This document shows positions 1-12,266 of a DNA stretch of 64,000 bases, in pieces. Made by a program: the position numbers and the translations under genes. Below the pieces are notes generated by a model. That model had not been told where the DNA came from. It saw nothing but the letters and a program-made list of their open reading frames with translations, and ran no database searches. This DNA is from Marsupella aquatica (lineage: Eukaryota; Plantae; Marchantiophyta). The first letter of the stretch is position 1; the number at the start of each line of letters is the position of its first letter. The stretch spans positions 15,058,699 through 15,122,698 of the forward strand of contig OZ316894.1 of the NCBI GenBank assembly GCA_973895155.1. The letters are read 5' to 3'.

Positions 1-495
1 AAGGGCCTCCCGCGAGCTGGGAGGATCACGCGAGCGGGGGGGAGTTGAAGGGCCTCCCGCGAGCCGGGAGGAATGGCCGCGCGCCCTGCATAGGGCCGCG
101 CGCAGGAGGACGCAAGGGTAAGGCCCGAGAAATGGGCCGGGGCGCATGGCGAAGGCGCCAGGAGTTTTTTCGGTTCTATTTTTTTTTCCTTCCTTTTTCT
201 TTCCCTCTTCCTTTTGCACGACCCTCTCATTGCCGAAAGCAAAAACGGGGTTCTTCTCTCTCTTGCCGGAAGCTCTCTCCAGATTCTAATTATTTTTGAA
301 GCTCTCTCTTTCATGGTGGATTAGTGGGGCTTGCTGGCGTCATTCTTCCAGGCATTAGTGGCGGCCGCACGGAGTAGTGACGGGAAATTGAGAGAATTTA
401 AGTGATCGGGCTACGGGGGCTGTTTCGGGCCAGGGAATTGACATTGCCACGGGTGACGGGATTGGTGATTGAGAAATTGATTTTGGGATGCATGG

Positions 496-2352
496 ATGCT
501 AGATCAACCAGAGTTTAGTGCGTCACGCATTCGGAGATACAAGGCTGCTTACCGTGACTACGTGGAGACTCGGATTACACGGGAAAGGGAAGAGAGAGAA
601 GTTATGATGAGCACGGGATTGGCAGCGGGTTCCTCACCGGTGGGTAGGAAGATTTTTCGTCGAATTTATCCCAAGACCTCCACCAAGGTGATGGAGGATT
701 GTCGGAACATTTTCCAAGCCACCGGGCTTACAGAATTCATGAAGGTGGAGATTACCATCCCTTCAGGGAAGAGCTGGGACATTGAGGCCGGGATGGAGTT
801 CCGAACGGAGGGAATCTACTTTGAATGTCTCAAACGTGTAGTGCCCCATGTGGAGTTGGCTAAGCTATTGTTTCTTGAGAATCAGAAATTCTCATTCACA
901 CCTCGGAATATCAGGGGAGAACTCACGTTGAAAATGGTGGCCACTTGGGTGACCAATCCTACCTCCACCACCGCCATCCCTCTTTCTGCTGTCAAGGATG
1001 TTGAGTATAAGGGCTTCCTGGCCAAGGTGCATCAACGGGTTCTTGGCAACGTGCAATCCGGAGTGCTGAATGAGGAGCATTTCGTGGTAGCTATGGACAT
1101 CAAGAACTACCCAGCCCATGTGTACGGATGGTGGTGCTACGGATTGAAGAAGCTATTGGCCGCTGAGCCCGGGAGTGTGAAACCAGGTGGGGCTGTACAT
1201 TTGATGGGGTCATTTGTATTGGCCAGGGCAGAAGGGTTGATTGGTTCTCCGGGGCATGAAGACACGGGATCATCTCTCACCACGGAGATCCGGAGTATTG
1301 CCACTACCGTTTTAGGGAAGCTCACGGAGGAATCATTGTCTGCTGGTGGGGAGGATAATAGAGAAGAAGAGAACCAGGAGGATGATTGCACATTGGAGTG
1401 GCTTGAATCACTCGTGGGAGATCCGAAACAGCCTCTGGAATACAACATTCCGGATGTTTACTTGGCAGAGCTACGGGATTTCAGAGAGGGAGTCCACGAG
1501 GGACTCAAGCTAGTCCACGCATTGAGGGAGTCTCTCAAGCACGCCACAGTCAAAGTAGAGACGTTAGAGCAGAGCATCCTGTCACTGAAGGAGGTGATCA
1601 AGACCAAGGAGCAGACCATTCATGAGAAGGTCAGGCACATCAATGCAGCTCACGTAGAGATCACCAACTTGAAGGGAGCTTTGTCCACCAAGGCCAAGGA
1701 AGCAGAAGAAGTAGGAGCGTTGAGGCAAGCATTGGCCAAAGAGAAGCAAAATTCTGGAGAAGTGATGGAGTGGAGGAACCAGGTGGGAGCACTACGGAGT
1801 CAGGTGGCAGCCTTTGAGACACGAGCGAAGAGAAGTGAGGCCCTGAGTCTAGGGAAACGGAAGAGTCCCGGCACACCTGGCTCCACACTTTCCCCGGATG
1901 TGATCTCCCAAGCTATCGAGATGGTGGTGAAGGAGGTTAGTGGGAAGTATGGACCCTTGTTGGATGGAGCCAAGAAGAGTCAGGAGAAGAGTAAGAGCTT
2001 GGAGAAGAAGCTCCGGGAGGTACGGAAATCATTACGGGAGGCTCAGGTCAGTACGGGGATGCCACCCAGGTCTGTCACCCCCGGGACTCCCATGGCCACG
2101 GGGCAAGTTCTACCGTTGGAGTTGCGGTCCAGAGAAGAGGCTACCCTCTGGAAGGACACAATTGGTGAGGGGTACATCAAGGCGTGGCAGGCCTTGGCTG
2201 CTTTGAGGAAGCGCGGGAGCAGCAGCACTAAGAGTACTCCGTCGAAGAAGAAGAAAAGTACGGTGGCACTCACTCCCGTGAGTGATGAGGAGGAGGACCA
2301 CTCACGGGGCACAAGTCCGGGCACCGAGAGCGAAGAAGAAGAGGAGGATTAG
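496..2352 (+). CDS. Retrotransposon accessory protein (N-terminal globular domain, long coiled coil, basic NLS-like and acidic tail), 618 aa
   Basis: Open ORF with a heptad-rich segment (ESLKHATVKVETLEQSILSLKEVIK...), a KKKKS motif and an EEEEED tail. It lies upstream of the PPT/LTR. Confidence 0.65.
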   Translation: MLDQPEFSASRIRRYKAAYRDYVETRITREREEREVMMSTGLAAGSSPVGRKIFRRIYPKTSTKVMEDCRNIFQATGLTEFMKVEITIPSGKSWDIEAGMEFRTEGIYFECLKRVVPHVELAKLLFLENQKFSFTPRNIRGELTLKMVATWVTNPTSTTAIPLSAVKDVEYKGFLAKVHQRVLGNVQSGVLNEEHFVVAMDIKNYPAHVYGWWCYGLKKLLAAEPGSVKPGGAVHLMGSFVLARAEGLIGSPGHEDTGSSLTTEIRSIATTVLGKLTEESLSAGGEDNREEENQEDDCTLEWLESLVGDPKQPLEYNIPDVYLAELRDFREGVHEGLKLVHALRESLKHATVKVETLEQSILSLKEVIKTKEQTIHEKVRHINAAHVEITNLKGALSTKAKEAEEVGALRQALAKEKQNSGEVMEWRNQVGALRSQVAAFETRAKRSEALSLGKRKSPGTPGSTLSPDVISQAIEMVVKEVSGKYGPLLDGAKKSQEKSKSLEKKLREVRKSLREAQVSTGMPPRSVTPGTPMATGQVLPLELRSREEATLWKDTIGEGYIKAWQALAALRKRGSSSTKSTPSKKKKSTVALTPVSDEEEDHSRGTSPGTESEEEEED

Positions 2353-2996
2353 ATAGGCGTACGGACGTGGGTGTACGGCCTCCAGATTTCCAACATTTTA
2401 GTGGGGGGTCACTCATGGGCTTGTTGGGATGAGCTCGCGGAGCTGATTCCAACAAGAGGCGGCGCTCCTCAAACGGAGCCAGGATGAGCAAGTTATGGCC
2501 TGGAGAACTTATGTTTTTGCGGTACGGAAACGGCCATAACTCAGGCGTCTGAAGTCCGTTGAGGGAGCGACTTAGTGATTCGGAAGCAGGAAAAGAAGAG
2601 CTATCCAGGGGTGAGCTCAGGTGTGCACTTGGAAGGGCACCTAGTTTCGGCCATTTTGGGGTGCCTCTCACTTTCAGGGTTCACGTGTACTGTTGGGGCG
2701 CCGTCGAAGGCACCGTCGGCCCCCTTGTTTTGGGTTTAGGGTTTTAGCAGCATGTGTGTGCCGCATGCTCCTCTTCAGTTTAAGGATTTCTCTTAGTGCA
2801 AGGTTTTAGCGGCGCCGCTAGGGTAGCCGCCACCGTTGTGACCCTGTGAGGGGTGCTTTGGTGTGATTTTTCAGTATTTAGGGGGATAGCCCCGAAGTAG
2901 TTAGGGGGACTCAGTGTGAAGTTAGCAAGGAGGGATAGAGTGGAGCCTGAGGAGTTTGAAAGCGTGTTCAGAGTAGTGAGGGGGAGCCATACTCAT

Positions 2997-3463
2997 TGTC
3001 CGGAGAGGCAGGAGTTGAGTAGACGGCAGGAGGCCGGGTTACTCATGCAATGTGTATCGTTTTTCCCAAGAGATATGGATCTGTACATTTGACTTGATGG
3101 GCTTTTGTTGTGTGTTCCTTCTCCCTTTTTCGCTTTCCGAATTGTGTTCTCCCGTTCTATGATTTGAAGAAACTTGCTTGGTTTGAGTCGGCCTTGTGAG
3201 TAGGGGTGGTGACAACACTCTTTGGGTGACTCCGAGTGAAGGTGTAGTGGGGTAGTCGGCAGGACTTGATCAAAAGCTGTGGGGTGAGGGTAGTCGGTAG
3301 ACTTGATCAAAACCTACATTTCCGGGAGCGGAAACCAAAATACTCATCCTGGTGTGAAAAGAATCCAAATAGCGTCCCTCCACGACCCCGTAATACGATA
3401 CCAACGGTTTAAGCGAAGAAAAGTGCGGTTTGCACGTATTAACCGTTGGAGAGGCAAGTGACA
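2997..3463 (+). repeat. Putative 3' LTR (467 bp)
   Basis: TGTC...GACA termini, upstream PPT, sharp junction with Copia pol. The partner LTR is not in the window. Confidence 0.55.
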
Positions 3464-5170
3464 CTTCTCCTTTGAAGCACTTGCCTCATGAAATGAAGAA
3501 GGTTCCCCTTCTTCCAAAATTAACGCATCACCCTCATCATCAGCTGTAAAATCATCCTCTTGCAGTTGAGATGAATCAACCCACTGTCCATACCTTGGTG
3601 GAGCACGTACAGTGCGACCAAATGTTCTTCTAGTCGATGACTCCGGTTGATCTGCGTGTGCTGGTACAATTTGAAGCTCAAAAGCATCCACTTGCTGCTC
3701 ACCAGCATCAACAAACTCCTCTGGTTCCTCTGGCACAGGAACCAGCTCCATAATTGGAGCAACTCCTTCTCTCCGGTCATGCACCTCATAACCAATCTCC
3801 CCCTCAACGAGATCCGGGATAGAAGATTTTCCTTTGTCAGTACGTGAGACCTGAGTATTCTCCCCCTCCTTCAATAATCTGGATTCATTGAAGGAAACAT
3901 CCCTACTAACAATGAGCTTACAGGCAATAGGATCCCATAGCCTATAGGTTTTCACACCACTCTGGTACCCAAGAAAAACACATTTCTTGGAGGTAGGATC
4001 CAACTTGGTCATATTCTGCTTTGGTGTGAGAGCATATGCATCATTTCCAAAAACTACCAAGCCATGATAGTCTGCTTGCCGCTTATAGCGCATCTCAAAC
4101 GGCGTTTTGAAATTGATAGCACTAGAAGGAGAAAGATTTACCAAATAAGCTGCGGTATTGACAGCTTCTGCCCAAAATTCTTGTGGTAAACCTGATTGGC
4201 TCAACATACTCCGTGACCGCTCCAACAATGTCCGATTGAGCCTCTCAGCGACACCATTCTGCTGCGGAGTATAAACTATGGTGAGATGGCGAGTTATCCC
4301 CTGTTCTGAACAGTACTCTTCAAATTCCATTGAAGTGTACTCCCCGCCGTTGTCTAACCTCAGACTCTTCATCCTTGTATCCAAACACTTGATCGTGTTT
4401 CCAGTCTGATTCTCCAACTGGGCCTTCCACTTCTTAAAAATGGACAAGACATCAGACTTATGCGTCATGAAATAAATCCACACAAATCTTGAGTAGTCAT
4501 CAATAAATGATACATAGTACAACTTTCTAGAGTGTGAGGGAGTCGAGGATGGACCCCACACGTCACTATGTATGTACTCAAGAATCGCTTTGGAACGATG
4601 AGTTCCAACACCAAAAGCACGACGATGCTGCTTTCCAAGAATGCAATGCTCACAAAACTCTAATTTACAAGATTGCAAATCAGAAATGAGTCCATTCTTC
4701 CGTAAGATAGCCAAACCCTTCTCACTCATGTGGCCTAGCCGTGAATGCCACAGTTGAGTCATCTCCTCGTGAGACTTGGTTACATTGGCCTCTCCACATA
4801 CAGTATTGCCCTGTAACACATACAAATTCTTTTGTCTACTCCCCTTCAGAATCACTGTCTCTCCCAACCTGACTTGAAGTTCACCATCAATAACGCTCCA
4901 TTGATGACCATTTGAATCCAACACACCGAGTGAAATCAGATTCTTACGCATGCCAGGTACATACCTGACTCCGGACACTGTGCGCACAGCGCCATCAAAC
5001 ATTTGAATCTTCACAGACCCAATTCCCTCAATTTGACAGGAGTGATCATTTCCCATCAGAACTGAACCGTTTGAAACAGAGTAAGAACTGAAAAACTCAC
5101 GAATGTAACAAATATGAAAAGAGTAAGCACAATCAAGAATCCACACATCATCTGCTCTCCTAGATGACAT
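3464..5170 (-). pseudogene. Copia pol (PR-INT), interrupted at 3464
   Basis: ORF 3344-5170 is Copia-like down to 3464 and then reads into the inserted LTR. Confidence 0.88.
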
Positions 5171-5500
5171 GCATAGGGCATACCCCCGGCTTCATAAAAC
5201 ATACTCATCATTGAGTAAATTAGCTTCTCCATCAGCCCTAGCCACATTTTCCGATGAAGTTTCCGCTGCCTTTCCCTTACAGTCTCGCTTGAAGTGTCCA
5301 ACTTGGTTGCACTTCCAACATGTCACCTGCCTTCTCTGAGGGGATTTACCCTTGGACTTAGATCTGGATTTAGATCTAAACTGGGTTCTACGGTCCCCAA
5401 TTGGTCGCTGCATACTCCTCCCACGGTTAACATTGAGGGCAGCACCAGATGATGAAGGCTGTGACGTGATGTGCATCTTTTGCTGAAGATCATCACTAAG
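3464..5500 (-). mobile_element. Ty1/Copia fragment (gag zinc knuckle, protease, GAG-pre-integrase, integrase), truncated just before RT by the nested insertion
   Basis: Motifs CWKCNQVGHFKRDC, WILDCAYSFHIC, LWHSRLGHMSEKGL...CEHCILGKQHR, IHSDVWGP, LRLDNGGEY, PQQNGVAER. The frame ends at EPSSFHEA, the RT entry. Confidence 0.93.
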
Positions 5501-6329
5501 CCCACACTTTAAGTCCAATTATAGAAGATTATTCTGAATTATACAAAAAGTTGCTGGAGCAACTTAACAATTGAAAGCACAACAAAACATACCTTGGGGA
5601 GTCAAGTTAGCCTTAACCTTCCATCTAGGGGTTCTTTGTTGATATGCAAGGAATAAGCTATTTCTACCAAAGGGGATGGAGGTCCGAGTAGTACAGGGTG
5701 AAGTTACCTTAGAAGGATAAGCTGATAATTCCAAGGGAGTGGAATATTGCACCTATGCCATAGGAGGGTTTACACTATGACAAGAAACAGCAAAAACATG
5801 TCCTGTTATGAGCAAAACATTTCCTGGTACAAGCAAAAACAAAAAAAATGTGTTATTAAAAGTGATATTTTCCAAAATATTTTAAAATACGTCATTTTTT
5901 TGCTAGCGCCAGGCGCCACTATTACTAGCTCTGGGTGCTACCCAAAAAATATAGACAAAACAAAACAAAATTTAAAATTAAAAAAAAAAATTCCCCCCAA
6001 AATTCCCATTTTTTTATCACCCAGTTTCTGTTACCAATAACTTTTACTGTTTTGCTGTTTGCTGTCATAGTGTTTATACCCTGCCAAAGGGAGGAGTTCA
6101 AATGATCACCGATGAGGCCGATACAGATTGGAGTGTGGCCAATGTCGGCAAAGCAGCTGAGGAATTAGAGAGGGAGTCTCAGAGTGCAGAAGCTGATCAG
6201 ACATAATCTCCTTTCTTCAAAACCAGGAGGCTGCTAAGGCAGAGGCATTAGTACAAGACCCCAAAGCATCAGATGACTCACAGGAATTTGAATCAGGAAT
6301 ACAGCCTAACAATCAGACAATTACAAATT

Positions 6330-6460
6330 TGTTATAACCCCTCAGGTTAGGTCTACTCAAAGGTTAGGACTAAGGCGGTTACACAACCAACTACCTTAGC
6401 AACCTACTATGTATATGGATGGAGATGAATAAAGTGTTTACATTATTGTGATGTTGAACA
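6330..6460 (+). repeat. 5' LTR of Bianca-like Copia
   Basis: tgttataaccc...gttgaaca, repeated at 12136-12266. Confidence 0.96.
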
Positions 6461-6474
6461 CGTTATCAACACGA
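6461..6474 (+). other. Primer-binding site (internal/half tRNA-iMet type, Bianca-like)
   Basis: cgttatcaacacga immediately after the 5' LTR. It resembles the Bianca PBS cgttatcagcacga. Confidence 0.75.
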
Positions 6475-6829
6475 AGGTGCTCATCAATTTTTTTTCCTAA
6501 GGGCGACATTGATTCGGGAGAGCTCTGATTTTTGGAAGGGTGTAAGCGGATCAGTGGAGATCTCGGCCAGAGGTCTGTGAACCCCATTACCAACCATAGA
6601 CAGTAATTCTACACCAGATTTTGTCAAGACAAAAGGCGAATTTGGGTATAATCAATCCTCATCAATTCTTGCATCATTCCATTGCTGCAATCCCACATTG
6701 ATCTTTTAAAATCTCCGAGAAAAATTCCCCACATTGATTACAGGCAGTAGAATTGCCAATAGTTAAACATCACCAAACATAACTGAGCGGTGAAGGCCTA
6801 CTCCCCAACATAAACTAAATTCGGGCACA

Positions 6830-9800
6830 ATGACTACTAACACCATGGAGAAACTTTATTTCCAAGCACTATGCATTGATGGCTCTAATTTCTTGTCTTG
6901 GACACTAGATGTCGAGGCCCACCTTGCATCTAAGGACCTAGAGGATACAATTTTGACGGACAATGGCCCCACGCTACAAGAAAAGGCAAAGGCTCTAATC
7001 TTGATTTGCCATCACCTTGCCGATTCCTTGAAACGCCAATATATGAATGCATATAATCCTAGAGTACTTTGGGATGATCTCCACGCCAAATTTGACCACA
7101 CCCGCACTATCTTCCTCCCTGCAGCGCGACACGATTGGATTAACCTACGTGTACAGGATTACAAGACGATTGCATAATACAACAGCGAATTGTTTCGCAT
7201 CGTTTCGCAATTAGCAATCTGCGGCCACCCGATTAATGAAGAAGAACAAATTGAGAAGACCCTTTTGACTTTTCACTCAACGAACCTGGTAATATCCACA
7301 CAATACCGGAATATGAGATTCACAACATATTCAGAGTTAATCGCGCATATGTTGTTAGCAGAAAAATATCAGATCTTGCTGCTGCAAAATACAAAGCAAC
7401 GACCACCCAACACTCTACCTCCACAAGCGAATCCTGAAACCCATTTCAACACATCAAGACGTGGATCTAACAATTCATTTGGAGGGAGAGGGAACAATAG
7501 AGGACGACAAACCTACTGCGGATGTGGCAACTCCTTCCAACGTGGAGGAAGAAGCTCATACCAGGGAGGAAGAGGCCGAGGGAGATCACAACCAGGCAGA
7601 TTCCGGAATACCTGGACCCGCAACAACTACAATCCAGATAAGTCCGAGAACCCGCAAATTTGTCATAAATGTGGGACTAAAGGACATATTAAGAAAGCAT
7701 GTCGAGCCCCAGCACACCTCGTAGCATTATACCAGAAAGATCAAAACAACTTAGCATATGAAACACATGGAGCATTTTTAGAAACCCCAGAAATATTACC
7801 TGAATTGCACCTTGCTTTTCAACTCGAGATGTCTAAAGCTTTGGACGACCCAAACTGCTGCATACTAGATAGTGGAACCTCTCACTCAATCTTAAGGACC
7901 AAAGCTTACCTTAAATACATAATCCCATCCCAAAGAAGAGTGACAACAATCATGGGACACCACTAGTTGGAAGAGGGGAATGGCCTAGCAAAAATAATGC
8001 TACCCAAAGGCACAATTATCCATATCAAGACCGCCATTTACGCCCCGAGGGCCACACGAAATCTCCTGAGTTTCAAGGACATTCATGAGAATGGCCTGCA
8101 CATTCACACCAGCATATATGAAACTCAAGAGGTGCTACACATTCTAGCCCAGACCCCACGGGGCATGGAGATCAAAGAAACCCTCATAGCCTTCCCACTG
8201 GGATTTTATGTTGTCAACATACATACCTTCTACACAGATGGCCACCGACAGACCCTCACTGAGATATGGCACCGCCGATTGGGTCACCCTGGCACACAGA
8301 CTTTCCACAAAATTATTAAAGATACATAGGGCATTCCACATACTGTGCACCCCACTTCATTGAAATCCCCCTGTTTAGCCTGCTCCCAAGGCAAACTTAC
8401 ACTCAGACCATCACCCTCCACAACTGACAAGCGCATACCCCAATTTCTTGAGCAAATCCATGCGGACGTCTGTGGCCTTGTAGACCCCCCCAGTGGCCCC
8501 TTCCGATTCTTCCTCGCAACAATTGACGCATCATCCAAGTGGTCCCAGGTTTCCCTCCTCTCCACACGAAACTTGGTCTTCCCACGCCTATTAGCACATA
8601 TCCTACGTCTGAAATCCCAGTTCCATGACCATCCCATCAAAATAATCAGAGTGGACAATGCGGGAGAATTTACATCGAAGACATTCGATGACTTCTGCGT
8701 AGCAGCGGACATAGAGGTGGAATACCCAGTCGCCTATGTCCATTTTCAAAATGGAATAGCTGAATCCTTGATTAAACGACTGCAATCTATAGTGAGACCA
8801 CTACTGATGCAGACAAATTTACCATCAACAGCCTGGGGCCATGCCATCCTACATGCAACAACATTACTAAGATATCGCCCATCGGCCTTCAACTCGAGCT
8901 CCCCACACAAACTAGCATTTTGGTACCACGCCAAACGTGGCACACCTCCGAACATTCGCATGCCAGGTTCTGGTCCCAATAATGGGACCCAAGCGGACCA
9001 AGCTCGAACCTCAAACACAAAAGGGAATTTACATCGGATATGACTCAACATCAATCATACGATACCTGGAACCCACCACCGCAGATTTATACAAAGCAAG
9101 ATTTGTGGACTGCCACTTTTATGAGGATACATTCCCAAGCTTGAGTACAGGAGAGAATAAGACTAACGCCTCAACTAAAGACCTAGCATGGCAAATTAAT
9201 TTGCAATTCTGGAATGACCCAAGAACTGCACAAACCGATACTGAGGTCCAGCGAATACTCCACCTCACTAGAATCATGGAACAATTACCTGATGCATTTG
9301 CTGATGTAGCACAGGTCACCAGGTCCCACGTACCTGCTACCAATGCCCCCTCTAGAATCGAAATGGAACGACAAGCTGCTACGACTGCTGAACCAAGGAA
9401 GAAGAGAGGACGACCCATAGGAGTCGGAGACAAACAACCACGCCAGAGAAGGGTCCCGCCAAATACACAAATGACATCAGCACCCACGGTACCTGCTATA
9501 CCTACACCAACAGAAAACAATGAGATAGCAATTAACTATAATCACACTGGCAACATTTGGGACAGATCTAAAGTATTATTGGATAGCATATTTGCATACC
9601 AAATCTCACAAGCGATAATAGCAGACTTACCCGATCCCATGACCATCAATGAAGCACGCCAGCAAAAAGACTGGCCAGAATGGCAAACTGCAATCAACTC
9701 CAAACTCGACTCCTTGATCTCACGGCAAGTGTTCGGCCTGATTAAACCAGCTCCGCCGGAAGTTCACCTTACGGGCTACAAATGGACATTCATCAAAAAG

Positions 9801-11397
9801 AGGAATGTCGAGGGAGCGATTGTAAGATACAAAGCCAGATTAGTAGCCAGAGGATTCACACAAATCCCAGGCAGAGACTATGACCAATCTTACTCACCGG
9901 TCATGGACGTGATAACGTACAGATACCTAATAGCATTTGCCATACACCATAAACTTATAATGCATCAACTGGACATAGTGACCGCTTACCTATACGGTCA
10001 CCTTGATACTACGATCTATATGGAAGCCCCTCCTGAACTTATAACCAGAGTAAACTACCATATTGAGGGGGAGAAAGGGCATCCAGACACAAACACTATG
10101 AGCGAAGGCCCTTTTGGCCACACAAACAAAATAGTGTTATACAACACTGCAAAAGCAATAGGATGGCGAGCTTCTACTAAGCCCAAACTGAACGAGAAAG
10201 CACTTCATGCAAGAACTCATTTCGCTGTCCAGGTCCTCCGATCCATGTATGGCCTGAAGCAGAGTGGACGCACCTGGTATAAACATTTCAAACATGAGAT
10301 GTTGGCCATGGGTTTCAAGACATCAGACATCACCCCGTGTCTATTCATTAAACATGAAGGACATGAAATAATCATTGTGGCCATCTACGTGGACGATCTA
10401 AACTTATTTGGCACAGAAAAGATCCTACATGACACAATTAAACAGCTGAATAGGGTATTTGAAACCAGAGATCTAGGCAGAACTGCATTCTGCCTCGGAC
10501 TGCAGTTCAAACACCTTATGAGTGGAGTATTCCTCCACCAATCAACTTATACCCGCAGGATGCTGAAACAATTCAATATGCATACAGTAAAATCAGTGAA
10601 ATCACCAATATATGGACCTACGTTCACTGGATAAAGAGAAAGACATATTTCGGAAAAGAACCGAACAGGAGCCACTTCTTGGCCCCGACAAACCATACTT
10701 GTCCATTATAGGGCCACTGCTCTTCTTAGCTTCCCAGACTCGCCCGGATATCGCTTTTGCTGTCAACCTGCTGTCCCGCCATAGCTCGCAGCCTACGATT
10801 AGGCACTGGAATGGACTCAAACGAATACTGCGTTACCTGAGTGGGACAATCGACCTCGGATTATTTTATCCCACCACCATGGACCTAACACTCACAGGAT
10901 ATGCAGATGCGGGCTATCTGTCTAACCTGACAGATGCCAAATCACAGACCGGATATATCTTCCGCATCGGACCCACAACAATCTCTTGGTGCAGCACGAA
11001 ACAAACTCTGACTACTACCTCTTCGAACCACTCAGAGATTATTGCCCTTTACAAAGCGAGCAGGGAATGTATCTGGTTACGAAACGTCATTGATTACATT
11101 CAAGAGACCATAGGTATGCCTAAACTCAATTCGCCTACGATAATCTATGAAGACAATCGACCATGCATAGAACAAATATCAGCCGGATTCATTAAAGGAG
11201 ATAAGACGAAGCACATAGCTCCTAAGTTCTTTTTTGCACACAAACAACTGGGCAATACAATTGATGTGAAATGGATCCCCGGTCCTGAGAACAGCGCGGA
11301 CCTATTCACCAAGTCCCTACCTCCAGTTATACACACAGCTCTAATCAAATCGATTGGAATGCGTAGCCTCTCCGAACTTGTACAAGACAGGGAATGA
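6830..11397 (+). pseudogene. Copia gag-pol (gag, CCHC knuckle, PR, INT, RT, RNase H) with stops and frameshifts
   Basis: Motifs CHKCGTKGHIKKAC, ILDSGTSHSI, WHRRLGHPG, IHADVCG, RVDNAGEF, RYKARLVARGFTQ, YGLKQSGR, YVDDL, GYADAGY, ADLFTKSLP. In-frame stops at ~7175, ~7964 and ~8327; frameshifts at ~8930 and ~10610. Confidence 0.95.
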
Positions 11398-12135
11398 GGC
11401 GAAACTCCTCCGACTGAGACGAGCGAAAACAAGATTCTGGTTGAACTTCCACAGGTCCCCTGACAAAGACAACAACAAACTCGTCCGGCTTCAAGGGGAG
11501 CACAAACTTATCTGGCAAAGTGACCACAGCTCGAGCAGAAACACTTCGAACAGCCGAACATCAAGCAGGAAGATCCGAACAGGACCACGATATCAAACTG
11601 CCGATCGAAAAGGATGACCTCCCACCAGCACGAATGCAACGACCAAGTCGACAACAAAACACCAATCGAACCTGATCTACTCGACTACAAGAACGAGCAC
11701 TCATCGACATTTCATCACCACCGAAACCTCTTGACCCACCATGACTTCCTTCATCACACGACATTTTCCCACAAACACAGCGGGAAACCTAATCCCTCTT
11801 CACCCCTGCTTTACTTTACCAACTCACCCCTTACATTACCGACCACCTACGACTTGTAACATTAACCCAGACATGATTAACACCCAATTACTCTATGTAA
11901 TATCCACCATACTGATAAACGCTGATTTCAAGACATATAAGGACAGGGTGGTAACACTCTTTTTCCCCCACAAGAAAGGAGGGGGGTTTTAATGAGGTTA
12001 CACCCTAACTTATATCACCCTACTCGACAATCACTTCAACAATCACCAAACATAGGAAACACTTAATTTTCCTATCAACGTTAGACCTTCAATGTCTGCA
12101 TGTTTACCACAACAAACGATGCATCCAAGGGGGAG

Positions 12136-12266
12136 TGTTATAACCCCTTAGGTTAGGTCTACTCAAAGGTTAGGACTAAGGCGGTTACACAACCAGCTAC
12201 CTTAGCAACCTACTATGTATATGGATGGAGATGAATAAAGTGTTTACATTATTGTGATGTTGAACA
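12136..12266 (+). repeat. 3' LTR of Bianca-like Copia
   Basis: Near-identical to 6330-6460 and preceded by the PPT. Confidence 0.96.

Larger units (their letters stand above)
1..3463 (+). mobile_element. 3' part of an LTR retrotransposon (probably non-chromovirus Gypsy): accessory ORF, PPT and 3' LTR; nested in a Copia pol
   Basis: A purine tract (agtagtgagggggag, ~2972-2986) precedes a TGTC...GACA-bounded segment (2997-3463). Copia pol sequence resumes abruptly at 3464. The upstream ORF has the same architecture as the post-integrase ORF at 59623-62967. Confidence 0.6.
6330..12266 (+). mobile_element. Full-length Ty1/Copia LTR retrotransposon, Bianca-like lineage, decayed
   Basis: Two 131-bp TG...CA LTRs with 2 mismatches, 5-bp TSD AAATT (6325-6329 and 12267-12271), PBS cgttatcaacacga, PPT ccaagggggag, and Bianca-type gag start (FQALCIDGSNFLSWTLDVEAHL). 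Confidence 0.95.

Noticed and set aside
3344-3463. C-terminal 40 aa of the 608-aa Copia ORF
   Set aside because: Read-through into the inserted LTR, not Copia sequence.
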